A stretch of DNA of 63,975 bases, counting the filler, from an uncultured Methanoregulaceae archaeon (GTDB taxonomy: Archaea; Halobacteriota; Methanomicrobia; Methanomicrobiales; Methanospirillaceae): NCBI GenBank assembly GCA_964530035.1. It is 7 parts of 7 records of this genome, joined end to end, with 100 filler letters (N's around TTAATTAATTAA, not from the genome) between each part and the next. Parts side by side here need not be neighbours in the genome. Positions count along the whole stretch, not along the records: positions 39,576 to 49,079 come from CAZGXZ010000097.1; positions 49,180 to 58,519 come from CAZGXZ010000098.1; 5 more parts are not named here. One strand, given 5' to 3'. This document shows, one piece after another, positions 40,980-51,456 of this stretch. Under the pieces are notes generated by a model. That model had not been told where the DNA came from, searched no databases, and was given only the letters and a program-made list of their open reading frames with translations. Position numbers and translations under genes: made by a program. Within the stretch, counting starts at the first letter, position 1. Each line of letters starts with the position of its first letter.

Positions 40980-43136
40980 TCATCCCACCTTGAACCGGGA
41001 CATCTCACGCGAGACGTTGTCCACGATGACATTCACGTTGCCGATGATCTTCCCGATCTGGTCGATCGCCGCCGAGGACTCCTCGCTTGCGGCCGCCGCG
41101 TCCACCGCCTCCCGTGCGGTAGCCTGGATCGCTCCGGTCAGCTCCGTGACGCTCGCGGTAATCTCTTCGACGGTTGCCGCCTGCTCCTCGGACGAGCTCG
41201 CGACCTCCTCGACGTTCCTTGTGATGTCGTCGATCGCATGCACGATTTTATTGAATGCATCGAGTGTATCCGAGAGTGCGGCGCTGCCTTCCTTGACCGT
41301 CCGGCCTGCTTCGACCATCGCTTCCGAAGCGGTCCTGGTCTTCTGGTCTAGGGCACCGATCATCTCTGCGATATGCTCAGCGGAGGTACGTGACTCCTGG
41401 GCAAGGGACTTGACCTCAGTCGCCACGACAGCAAAGCCCCTGCCTGCGTCCCCTGCCCGTGCCGCCTCGATGGCGGCGTTTAATGCAAGGAGGTTCGTCT
41501 GGTTTGCGAGGTCGGTGATAAGGCCCACGATCTTTCCGATCTGGTCCATCTGGGCCTTGATCTCGTCGACAAGAGTCGCAACTTCGGAGGCATTCCTGGT
41601 GATGTCCGTCATGCCGTTGTCCGCACGCTTTGCAAGGTCAGCCCCCTGCTTTGAGAGGGTGTTTGCCTCCATGGCAAGTTTCGAAACAGACTCGGTCTTC
41701 GTGGCCACGGACTGGACCGTCATGGAGAGGTCTTCCATCGCCTTCACGACCTGGCGTGCGTTTTCTCCGCCCCGCTCCGCGTTCGAACTGACACCGGCGG
41801 CGTTCTTTGCGACCTGCGCAGAGCCCGACGCCACCTCCTCGATCGAGGCGTTTGCCTCCTCGGCTGAGGACGCGAGGTCGATTACCTGCTGGTTGATGAG
41901 GCTGAACGCCTTCGAAACACCGATCCCGATGTTGTTCAGTGCCTCCTTGAAAGCGATCCAGTCGCCGGCGACCTTGAGGGATGGGTCGAACCGTGCAGTA
42001 AAGTTGGTGCCGGCGAACTCCTTGGAGACCCGGAGGGCCTCAGTGACCGGTTCCATGACCGAGTCGAGGGTCTGGTTGATGCCCTCTACGATCTTCCGGT
42101 ACTCGCCCTGGTGCTTCGATGCGTCCGCCCGGGTCGCCAGCTTCCCTTCCCCGGCGGCCTTCACGAGCATTCCGGTGTCGGCGATCAGGTTCTCTATCGT
42201 CTCGAGGGTCGTGATGATCCCGGGGAGGAGGTGGTCCTGGCTGCTCCTCCTGCCGACCTTCCGCAGGGCCTCGAGGCCGCTTGTGTCCCCGACCGCGATC
42301 GCGTTGATCTGCTTCGTAACGACGAGGAGCCTGTCCCGGACATCGTTTGTCGCCTGGGCCATGGAGGCATAGATCCCGACGTACGATCCCTCGACCCTGC
42401 GGGTGTGGTCGTTCACCGCCATCATCTTGAGGACGTCGTTACATTCAACAAGGCCCTGGAGGCCGTCGATACAGTTGTTGATATTGTTTTTGAGAGTGTT
42501 GAAGTCTCCATGGTACGCGTCAGTGATCTTTCCGGGGATGACACCTTTTCCGATTTTATCGACGTAATCACCAGCGACATTGAGCGGTCCGATAACCGAA
42601 TCAAGGGTCTTGTTCACCCCGTCGACGATCTCCCTGTATGCGCCCTGGTGCCGGGTGGCGTCGGCCCGGGTCCCGAGTCTCCCCTCTACAGCAGCCCTGG
42701 TCAGCAGTGATGCATCGGCGGTCAGGGCCTGGAGGCTTTCGAGCGACCTGATGAAGCCCGGGACCACCCTGTCCTGCTCGCTCCTCCTGCCGACCTTCCT
42801 GTAATCCTCCAGTTCGCTCAGATCACCCCTGCTGATTTTTTCGATTGAACCGGCAATGTGCACGACGCGGTCACGGACGAGCCCGATGCTCTCCGCGACC
42901 TCTTTTGCGACCCCGGTATACGACCCCTTGATCGAAACGGTGTGGTCATTCACGGCCATCCGTTTGAGTACGGAGGATGCCTCGGCAAGGAACTCCTGGG
43001 TCCCATTGACCATCCGTGTCAGTTCGTCCCGTGCGGTGGCATCTCCCTCGAACGTGCGGGAAATGAGCAGGGACAGTTCTCCGGCCGCTGCGCTCTTCTG
43101 GCCGGCCTGATTGGCTGTCTCGCCTTCTCGTGTCAT
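40980..43136 (-). CDS. soluble methyl-accepting chemotaxis protein with tandem HAMP-like repeats
   Basis: [27 protein letters not shown] hairpin tip and a duplicated [23 protein letters not shown] unit. No TM segment. Start placed at ATG 43136. Confidence 0.92.
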   Translation of the reverse strand: MTREGETANQAGQKSAAAGELSLLISRTFEGDATARDELTRMVNGTQEFLAEASSVLKRMAVNDHTVSIKGSYTGVAKEVAESIGLVRDRVVHIAGSIEKISRGDLSELEDYRKVGRRSEQDRVVPGFIRSLESLQALTADASLLTRAAVEGRLGTRADATRHQGAYREIVDGVNKTLDSVIGPLNVAGDYVDKIGKGVIPGKITDAYHGDFNTLKNNINNCIDGLQGLVECNDVLKMMAVNDHTRRVEGSYVGIYASMAQATNDVRDRLLVVTKQINAIAVGDTSGLEALRKVGRRSSQDHLLPGIITTLETIENLIADTGMLVKAAGEGKLATRADASKHQGEYRKIVEGINQTLDSVMEPVTEALRVSKEFAGTNFTARFDPSLKVAGDWIAFKEALNNIGIGVSKAFSLINQQVIDLASSAEEANASIEEVASGSAQVAKNAAGVSSNAERGGENARQVVKAMEDLSMTVQSVATKTESVSKLAMEANTLSKQGADLAKRADNGMTDITRNASEVATLVDEIKAQMDQIGKIVGLITDLANQTNLLALNAAIEAARAGDAGRGFAVVATEVKSLAQESRTSAEHIAEMIGALDQKTRTASEAMVEAGRTVKEGSAALSDTLDAFNKIVHAIDDITRNVEEVASSSEEQAATVEEITASVTELTGAIQATAREAVDAAAASEESSAAIDQIGKIIGNVNVIVDNVSREMSRFKVG

Positions 43137-43746
43137 CGTTGCGGTCTCCCCCTGTAATGCGGCCTGCCCGGTGCTGCCATGGGGACTCCCGTCCCCGCCG
43201 GACCAGGTGAAAAAATCTGGATGAAGAGCAGGCCCATGGATCAAGGCAGGAAATGTGAGGATAAATAGGTTGTCAGGCGGCGTCTGACCTGCATCATATC
43301 GTATGGACACAGAGGAACCCCTGCTCCCTGTCGCATCGCTTCCTTCCCAGGACGGGTATAGTACGTATCCGGGAACCGCTCTGACGCAGGGCACAAAGAT
43401 AAAAGAACGGTATCTGCAAAGGCCTTGGAGGAAAAAACGGCAGGAGCGCCACGTCCTGTATGAAACAAAGATACTTTTATGAACCTTTCCCGTGAAAATG
43501 ATCAGGATATTCTGGGTCACGGGTGTGCAGGGTTAACCTCCTTCTTATGTGGGATGATGCCGGGACAGGGACGGATCTGCGTTTCGTTCTGTTTATCAGC
43601 ATCCCCTGGAGGGCGGATGGGGCCCACCCCGCAGGTCCGTGAAAGGAACAGGACGGGTGCCGGATGGATGTGCTGATATCAGGATGCTTTTTACCGGAAA
43701 CGGTCGTTTCCATGCAGTCCATGACCTCCGGCGAGGGAGGGTCCCC

Positions 43747-46614
43747 CTGATCTCGGTCCTGTACGTCGACGACGAGCCGGCGCTCCTCGAGATAGGGAAG
43801 CTCTTCCTCGAAAGGGCGAGGACGATGCAGGTGCACACCGAGACGTCGGCATGCCATGCCCTCGAGGTCCTTCGGAAGAACTCCTACGACGCGGTCATCT
43901 CCGACTACCAGATGCCAGGGATGGACGGCATTGGATTTCTGAAGGTCGTCAGGTCGTCGTTCGGTGACATACCCTTCATCCTCTTCACCGGCAGGGGCCG
44001 CGAGGAGGTCGCCATCCAGGCGCTGAACAACGGTGCCGACTACTACCTGCAGAAGGGCGGGGACACGAAAGCCCAGTTCGCCGAGCTCCACCACCTCCTC
44101 CGGCAGGTCGTCAAGCAGCGGCGGACCGAGCACGCGCTCCTTGAACAGACCCGGCAGTACGAGCAGGTCGTCAAGGCCCAGACCGAGTTCATCTGCCGGT
44201 TCAGCCCCGACGGGAGGCACCTGTTTGCGAACGACGCCTATTACCACTATTTCAATAAAAAGGCGCCCGATGTGCTTGGAAAGAAGTTCAGGCCGGATGT
44301 ATTCCCTGCCGACCGGCACCGCCTCGTGACTCATTTCGATTCCCTTTGCCGGGAGAACCCTGTCTCGACCATCGACCACCGCATCATCATGCCTGACGGG
44401 GCGGTCAGGTGGCAGCGGTGGACCGACCGGGCTATCTTCAACTACGAGGGGGACCTCGTCGAGTACCAGTCGGTGGGCCGTGACATCACGGACATCAAGC
44501 AGGTCGAGGAGGACCTCCGCAGGAAGAACGAGGAACTTTCAGCGGCTTACGAGCAGATAGCCGCGATCGAGGAGGAGCTCCGCCAGAACTACGATGAGCT
44601 CTCGCAGAACGAGAAGGCCCTCCGGGAGAGCGAGAGGGACTACCGGAGCGTCATCGAGAGCATCCAGGACGTCTTTTACCGGAGCAACCGGGAGGGCCGG
44701 CTTGTCATGGCGAGCCCGAGTGCTGCACGGCTCTTCGGCTGCGGCTCGGTGGACGAACTCATCGGGAAGGACATGGCCGCGACCTTCTGGAAGGACCGGG
44801 AGGCCCATGAACGCTTCAGGGCCGAGATCACGGAAAAGGGCTCGGTCACGAACTACGAGGTCGCTCTTCTGGACGCGGAGGGAGAGACCCGGTATGTCTC
44901 GACGAGCAGCCACCTCTATCATGACGAGCAGGGGAACGTGCTCGGCGACGAGGGCATCGTCCGTGACATCACGGCGCAGAAAAAGTCACGTGAAGCCCTG
45001 AAAGAGAGTAGGGACCGCCTGCAGGCGATCGTTCACGGTTCTCCGATCCCTACCTTCGTCCTTGACCGCGAACACCGGGTCATCTCATGGAACCGGGCGC
45101 TCGAGGAGTACAGCTCGGTCACGGCACAGGAGGTCATAGGGAAGAACGAGGCGTGGCGGGCATTCTACACCTCTGAAAGGCCCTGCCTGGCCGATTTCAT
45201 CATCGATGGAAATCCCGGGGGAATGTCGGGATTGTACGACAGGGGCTGCCTGCGGTCATCCCTGGTTGAGGGGGCCTACGAGGCGACGGCGTTTTTCCCC
45301 CATATGAAGGACGGAGTGTGGCTCTTCTTCACCGCCGCCCCCCTCCTCGACGGGGAAGGCGAGGTCATCGGCGCCGTGGAGACCCTGCAGGACGTCACGG
45401 AGAAGTTCCGGACGGAAAAGGCCCTCCGCGAGGCCTGCGAGCAGATGGAGGTCGCGTTCGAGGAGGCGAAGGCCAGCGAGGACATGCTCCTAGTCCAGAA
45501 CCGGGAACTCTTCTTAAGCGAACAGCGGTACCGGAACGTCGTCGAGGACCAGACCGAGTTCATCTGCCGGTTCCTCCCAGACGGGCGGCATGTCTTCGTG
45601 AACGAGGCATACTGTCGTTACTTCGGGAAGTCCCGGGATGAGCTGCTCGGGCGCGTGTTCCGCCCGGAAATCCCCCCGGAGGACCAGGAATTCGTACGGC
45701 GAAGCCTGGACCGGCTGACTCCTGAAGAGCCGGTAGCAACGCTCGTCCACCGCGTTATCCTCCCTGACGGGAGCGTCAGGTGGCACCGCTGGTCTGACCG
45801 GGCAATATTCGGAAAAGGCCCCGATACCAGTCCCGGGGGGTCCGGCGACCCCGAGGGCTCCACCCTGCCGGCGGACCGTAACGGGGCCGGGGCCGGCAGG
45901 CCTCCGGTCATCGAGTACCAGTCGGTGGGCAGGGATATAACCGACGTTGTCGCCGCCGAGGAGGCACTCCGGCAGGGCAACCGGAAGCTGACCCTCCTGA
46001 ACAGCATTACCCGCCACGACATCCTGAACAAGGTCCTCGTGGTCCACGGGCAGCTCGACCTCCTGCGGGAGGCGGTATCGCCCGGGGAAATACCTGGGAT
46101 CGTAGCGGCAATCGCGGCGGCAACGGACGACATCACGGAACAGATCGAGTTCACGAAGGTCTACCAGGAGGTCGGGATCAGGGAGCCCGAGTGGCAGGAC
46201 CCGGAACGGATCATCCGCTGTCTCCCTGTGCCTTCCCATGTCTCGGTCACCTGCGACCTTGGCAGTACCGAGGTCTGCGCCGACCCGATGTTCGAGAAGG
46301 TCCTGTACAACCTGCTTGAAAACTCGCTCCGGCACGGGGAAACGGTCACGGAGGTCAGGGTCTCCGCAGTACCGGCCGGGGAGGGCCTCGTGGTCACCTG
46401 GGAGGACAATGGCACCGGGATATCCGACAATGACCGGAAGCACCTCTTCCAGAAGGGCTTTGGCAGGCACACCGGGCTCGGGCTGTTCCTGGCACGGGAG
46501 GTCCTCTCGATCACCGGCATCACCATCCGTGAGACGGGATCGGAAGGCACCGGGGCACGGTTCGAGATGGTGGTCCCGCCCGGCATGTTCAGGACGAGGG
46601 CTGCAGGTACCTGA
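43747..46614 (+). CDS. hybrid REC-multiPAS histidine kinase
   Basis: ISVLYVDDE and ISDYQMP receiver domain, four PAS/PAC domains, ITRHDILN H-box, NLLENSLRHG, EDNGTG and GLGL. Probable CTG start. Confidence 0.93.
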   Translation: MISVLYVDDEPALLEIGKLFLERARTMQVHTETSACHALEVLRKNSYDAVISDYQMPGMDGIGFLKVVRSSFGDIPFILFTGRGREEVAIQALNNGADYYLQKGGDTKAQFAELHHLLRQVVKQRRTEHALLEQTRQYEQVVKAQTEFICRFSPDGRHLFANDAYYHYFNKKAPDVLGKKFRPDVFPADRHRLVTHFDSLCRENPVSTIDHRIIMPDGAVRWQRWTDRAIFNYEGDLVEYQSVGRDITDIKQVEEDLRRKNEELSAAYEQIAAIEEELRQNYDELSQNEKALRESERDYRSVIESIQDVFYRSNREGRLVMASPSAARLFGCGSVDELIGKDMAATFWKDREAHERFRAEITEKGSVTNYEVALLDAEGETRYVSTSSHLYHDEQGNVLGDEGIVRDITAQKKSREALKESRDRLQAIVHGSPIPTFVLDREHRVISWNRALEEYSSVTAQEVIGKNEAWRAFYTSERPCLADFIIDGNPGGMSGLYDRGCLRSSLVEGAYEATAFFPHMKDGVWLFFTAAPLLDGEGEVIGAVETLQDVTEKFRTEKALREACEQMEVAFEEAKASEDMLLVQNRELFLSEQRYRNVVEDQTEFICRFLPDGRHVFVNEAYCRYFGKSRDELLGRVFRPEIPPEDQEFVRRSLDRLTPEEPVATLVHRVILPDGSVRWHRWSDRAIFGKGPDTSPGGSGDPEGSTLPADRNGAGAGRPPVIEYQSVGRDITDVVAAEEALRQGNRKLTLLNSITRHDILNKVLVVHGQLDLLREAVSPGEIPGIVAAIAAATDDITEQIEFTKVYQEVGIREPEWQDPERIIRCLPVPSHVSVTCDLGSTEVCADPMFEKVLYNLLENSLRHGETVTEVRVSAVPAGEGLVVTWEDNGTGISDNDRKHLFQKGFGRHTGLGLFLAREVLSITGITIRETGSEGTGARFEMVVPPGMFRTRAAGT

Positions 46615-46672
46615 AGCTGCCAGCCACGATAGCCGCGGTATTGAACCCTGTCCCGCGACTCTGAAAAATGTT

Positions 46673-47661
46673 TTAAGCCGGATATGTCCCCTGGATGGTG
46701 GCGGTCGCGAGGGTGTGCCCGTTCATTGCGTTCCTGATCGAGCTGGCATCCGGACCGGATGGCGTGATGGTCGAGTCAAGGGCATAGAGGTGGTAGATGT
46801 AGCGGTGGACTCCGGAGGGAGGACAGGGGGGGTAGTACCCTGACCCGCCGCCCGAGTTGCTGCCCGAACTGGCCCCGGATACAAGACTGCTCGTGATACC
46901 GGTCACGGACGGTGGTATGTTGTACAGCGACCAGTGGGTAAACGTTCCGCCCGGGGCATCGGGGTCGTCAAGGATGAGGACGAAGGATTTTGTCCCGGCC
47001 GGTACCCCCTGCCAGGAAACGGGGATGACTGATCCGAATCCCCTGCAGCCATACTGGTCAGGGATGGAGCCCCCGGCCGGGAAAGCGGATGAACTCAGGG
47101 TCAGCTTCGCAGCGGCCGCAGTCGTCGGGGTCGCAACGGGCGTTTTCAACGGTGTGGGGGTCAGGGTTTTCGTGACGGCAGGGGTCTTTACAGAGGTTTT
47201 CGTTGGAGTGACCGTCTGCTTCCTGGTCGGCGTCCTGGTCGGNNNNNNNNNNNNNNNNNNNNNNNNNNNNNNNNNNNNNNNNNNNNNNNNNNNNNNNNNN
47301 NNNNNNNNNNNNNNNNNNNNNNNNNNNNNNNNNNNNNNNNNNTCCTGGTCGGCGTCCTGGTCGGGGTGGCTTTCTGGAGGACCGCGCTGACCGTGGTAGT
47401 CTTGTTGGCCTTCACGGTCACGGACTTTTGAAACGGCTTGTATCCATCCTTTTTGATGGCGACCGTATGTTTTCCGGGAAGCACGCCGGGGATGGTGAGG
47501 GGTGTGTACCCCTTGTCCTTCGCGTCCAGGTAGACACTGGCGTTGTCCGGCTTTGATGTTACCAGGAGAGTTCCCGGCGCCTCCGCGGCAAAGACGACCG
47601 TGCACGCCAGGGTAATGACGAGCACGGCTGCGGCGAGGAGGACTACAGTTCCCTTGTCCAT
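46673..47661 (-). CDS. secreted PEGA + YbhB/YbcL (PEBP) protein, copy 1; spans gap 47243-47342
   Basis: Signal peptide, LLVTSKPDNASVYLD..G.TPL PEGA domain, TRTP linker, and DDPDAPGGTFTHW / YYPPCPPSGVHRY PEBP motifs. Confidence 0.85.
47222..47365. repeat. 12-bp coding tandem repeat (CCTGGTCGGCGT; TPTR) flanking an N gap
   Basis: The same unit occurs on both sides of the gap. Confidence 0.75.
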
Positions 47662-47919
47662 GATGCAAAAAGGATGCAGCACCTCATTACCCTTATCTCC
47701 CTGACCTGAAGCGGGGGGATCAGGTGCACCACTGCCGTTTCATCCCTTACCTGGACCATAGGGGGTGGTGGCATGTCCGAAAAAGGGCAGGTATCCTCCT
47801 CCCGGAGACTCGCCCGGCCATGACGGAAGAGGCATGGAGATCATAATCCCTGTTATCCTGTCAGACATCAGGCCTGGCGCCTTTCCATGGGCTTCAATTG
47901 AGGAGACGAAAAAAGGGAG

Positions 47920-48759
47920 TTATTCTGGGTAGGTACCCTGGAGGGAGGCCGTCGCGAGGACATGCCCCTTCATCGCGTGCCTGATCACGGAGATATCCCA
48001 GCTCTCAGGCTCGAGGACCGTGTCAAGGGCGTAGAGGCGGTAGATGTAGTGATGTGTCCCGGAAGACGGGCAGACCGGGTAGTACCCGAAGCCGCCGCGT
48101 GAATTTTTCCCGCTGTTGGCACCAGGAACGACGGGACCATTCACTCCATTGACGGACAGCGGGATGTTGTAGAGGAGCCAGTGGACGAAGGTACCTCCCT
48201 GTGCATCCGGGTCCTCGAGGAAAAGGGCGAGCGTTTTCGTCCCTGGAGGCACGCCCTGCCACGAGACAGGGATGACAGACCCTGCCCCTGCGCAGCCGTA
48301 CTCGGCGGGGATGGTCTCACCGTTGGAGAATGCTGTTGAACTCAGTGTCATTCCCGATACCACCGGGGTCGTCGTCGGCACGACCGTCTGCGTTACGGTC
48401 ACGACAGGTGTCATGGTTGCGGTGGGTTTCTTTGTCGGGGTTTTCGTCGGTGTCTTCGTCGGGAGCGCTTTCGCGAGGACGGTGTTTAACAGAGTCGTGC
48501 GGTTCGCCTTTACCGTGACGGACCTCGTGAACGTCCTGTACCCTTCTTTTTTCACGATGACCGTGTGCTTTCCGGAAAGAACTCCCGATATGGTGAGCGG
48601 TGTGAGCCCCGCATCTTCGCCGTCAAGGAAGACGGCTGCGGTGTCTGGTTTCGAGGTGACCACGATGCTCCCCTGGGCATCGGCGGCGCAGGCTGCCGAC
48701 CAGGTAAGGGTGACGGCCACGAGGCAGGCAGCGATGATGGTCGCTATTCTTCTGTCCAT
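47920..48759 (-). CDS. secreted PEGA + YbhB/YbcL (PEBP) protein, copy 2
   Basis: Same architecture as copy 1, with EDPDAQGGTFVHW and YYPVCPSSGTHHY motifs. Confidence 0.88.
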   Translation of the reverse strand: MDRRIATIIAACLVAVTLTWSAACAADAQGSIVVTSKPDTAAVFLDGEDAGLTPLTISGVLSGKHTVIVKKEGYRTFTRSVTVKANRTTLLNTVLAKALPTKTPTKTPTKKPTATMTPVVTVTQTVVPTTTPVVSGMTLSSTAFSNGETIPAEYGCAGAGSVIPVSWQGVPPGTKTLALFLEDPDAQGGTFVHWLLYNIPLSVNGVNGPVVPGANSGKNSRGGFGYYPVCPSSGTHHYIYRLYALDTVLEPESWDISVIRHAMKGHVLATASLQGTYPE

Positions 48760-48891
48760 GATCATTCGAATGCCATGATGCACCTTATTCATGACTGGTC
48801 CACCCGGCCCCTGCTCCATGGCACCTGAACCCTATATGTAGAAGGCACGTTCCATGCTATCTGAAACGTTGAAGAGAAGGAGAAGGCAGGG

Positions 48892-49079
48892 ATGGTTATA
48901 TCCGGAGACCAGTGGAAAAACCTTTGTTTCATCATATCGGTATTGCTCGTGGCGTCGGTCCTCATCGGCGTCCTCGGTGGGTACAGCGGGATTGCAGGAG
49001 CGCTGTCGCACCGGGCTGCAGCTGCCAGTGCTGCACCCGATGACGTCACCGCGAGGACCATGGACTATATCAACGCGAA
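48892..49079 (+). CDS. membrane-anchored hypothetical protein (3' partial)
   Basis: N-terminal hydrophobic helix after a purine-rich RBS-like stretch. Runs into the contig end. Confidence 0.5.
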
Positions 49080-49179
49080 NNNNNNNNNNNNNNNNNNNNN
49101 NNNNNNNNNNNNNNNNNNNNNNNTTAATTAATTAANNNNNNNNNNNNNNNNNNNNNNNNNNNNNNNNNNNNNNNNNNNN

Positions 49180-49831
49180 ACAGCCCGAGAAGGAAGGTGA
49201 TCCCGGCGATGGCGCCATATATAGCGGGCTTGACAAGGCTTTCCCGACGGTTGAGGGAGACTGGGTTTTTCCTGATGTATTGAAGGCTTATGACATAGGC
49301 AAGGATAAAAAGTGTTGAAAAGAGGACCTCGGCGATATGATGGTCGAGGTAGCCGAAGTATGAACGATAGAAATACTGCCCTGAAACAACCGCGATGAAT
49401 GCTGCTGCAAAAAGCCCGGATACACCATCGGAAATTCTCTTTGTAAGCCAGAAAACGACCGGGACCATGATGGCCCCCATGACCGGCGGTACCAGGAGGG
49501 CAGCGTAGATGATCTCAGGCCGGGTATGAGCCCCGGCGACCATGACCGCCACGGTACTGATGATCGTGAAAAGCGGACCCCAATGGATACTCTGTCCTTC
49601 AGGGTAGAGGGTCATCGGGTCGAACCAGGCATAACCAGGAAACTGGGACAGCATCAGCTCGATCTGCCGGAGGTTATACATCGGGTCATCGCTCCCGGCA
49701 AAGGAGAGCACGTCGCTGTTACCCAGGACAAAGACCGGTTGGATTCTCAGAATGAAGGCGACCAGCGATACGAGCCCGAGCACGATGGCCGTGATCACCA
49801 GGATATTCTTTTTTGAAAACAGCCCTGTCAT
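49180..49831 (-). CDS. aglB: oligosaccharyltransferase AglB, second copy (3' partial)
   Basis: DDPMYNLR, WFDPMTLYP and GYLDHHIAE motifs. About 92% aa identity to the contig-2 copy over the shared ~121 aa (hand count). Confidence 0.93.
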
Positions 49832-50260
49832 ACCATCAACCTGTATTCAGATACTGTTATTATATCGGGATCGGAGAGTATAAAACCCGTCACATGGGTG
49901 GATGGTCGGGCCAGGTCAGTAATGGGAGGCCAGCAAAGAGAAATCAAACTGCCATCGGCCCCCCTGCTCCCGTCCCATTCCGACCGGAGAAAGTACGTGC
50001 AACTGCCGCCAAGCCCCGGCACCACTCCTGATAAAAAACCTTGGATAGCGGCGATAACACAAAGCATCAGGCAATACTCCTCGAAATGAACGGGATCCAC
50101 TCTCCGGCGGGGCATGCACAGGGGGAGTGTTTTTCCCGGTGTCATGAGGACCGGGAATACCCCTCCCTGTCCCTTTAGGGCAACACCGGAAGTTTGGAGA
50201 AGCGCTGTATCACATATGAAATAAACCGTGGAGGACCATGCAGGTAAGGGATACCAGGGC

Positions 50261-51451
50261 ATGAAAAATGATTCAGGACAGGATGATCCGGGTAGTGAAG
50301 AGCGGGGACGACCACTGAAATTCCTTGTGGTCCCGACAACAGACTGGACCCGCCATCCCGTTCCAAACCGGCTCAACTTCATATTCGACCGCATTGCAGA
50401 GAGACACAGAGTGTTCGTACTCCATTTTGACCTTGCCAGATTCATGGGTCTCCCTGAACGGCCTACCAGGTGCCACCTGATTAGCACACCCGGGGTGCCT
50501 GTGGAGGACCCGTCGCTGTACTATCTCCTCTCAGCCCCCCGGCATTTCAGGACTATCCGCAAAACGGTGAAAAACGAGGGCATTGACCTGGTGATCGCCA
50601 GTAATATCCTTCCGGCGGCTCTTGCCACCTTTTCCGGGGTTCCTGTCGTCTTCGACTACCTCGACCACCTCGAGGAGTCAGCATCGGTGTACTATCCCGG
50701 CTCATTCATCGGGATCATAATACAAAAAACCGTACGATTTATCGTCAGATTGACCATAAGGAGGTCAAGAGGTGTCATTACCGTCACCCCGGCATTTCAT
50801 AAACATCTTTCCAATATCGGGGCAAAAAATTTAAGAATAATACCAAACGGGGTTTCAAACACGGCATTTATCCGCCACCCGCCAGCCCAGGCGAAGGGAA
50901 GGCTTGGCCTGTCAGGGACGATAATCGGCTACGTAGGTTCCCTCGAACACTGGGTAGACCTGGAAACGGTCATCGACATTATGCCTTCCCTTGATGCAAC
51001 CCTTCTCATTGTCGGCCCGGGACTTTTCACCGATTACGGTGACCTCATCAGGAAGCGTGCCATGGAGCGTGGTGTAATAGACAGGGTGGTCTTCACGGGA
51101 CAGGTCCCTTACGAGGATCTTTCATGGTATATCTCTGCCATGGACGTGGGGCTCAACCCTTTGAAACCCATGAGAAAGAACCTCTTCACCGTCGGGGGGA
51201 AGATCTTCAACTACCTTGCATGCGGAGTCCCGGTCCTCTCCAGCAGGATGCCGGCGGTCGAGGAGGAACTCGGAAACGCCGTATCCTATTATGAAGACGG
51301 TTCAAGCCTTGCGGACGGCATCCGCGACCTGACCATGCATCCGCCTGACCCTGACACCCTCATGGATATCGCAAAAAAGTATGACTGGGACCGGATATCG
51401 CGGGATTATGAGGCTTTCCTCGAGGAAAATGTTCACGGAAAAGCCCATTGA
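50261..51451 (+). CDS. glycosyltransferase family 4
   Basis: IIPNGV, IGYVGSL, LIVGPG, FTGQVPYE and KIFNYLACGVPVL motifs (GT-B fold). Confidence 0.9.
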   Translation: MKNDSGQDDPGSEERGRPLKFLVVPTTDWTRHPVPNRLNFIFDRIAERHRVFVLHFDLARFMGLPERPTRCHLISTPGVPVEDPSLYYLLSAPRHFRTIRKTVKNEGIDLVIASNILPAALATFSGVPVVFDYLDHLEESASVYYPGSFIGIIIQKTVRFIVRLTIRRSRGVITVTPAFHKHLSNIGAKNLRIIPNGVSNTAFIRHPPAQAKGRLGLSGTIIGYVGSLEHWVDLETVIDIMPSLDATLLIVGPGLFTDYGDLIRKRAMERGVIDRVVFTGQVPYEDLSWYISAMDVGLNPLKPMRKNLFTVGGKIFNYLACGVPVLSSRMPAVEEELGNAVSYYEDGSSLADGIRDLTMHPPDPDTLMDIAKKYDWDRISRDYEAFLEENVHGKAH

Positions 51452-51456
51452 AGCGA

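Noticed and set aside
43137..43746. Long N-terminal extensions of the MCP (to 43520) and kinase (from 43639) ORFs
   Set aside because: Neither extension has domain features. The region is better read as a divergent promoter region.
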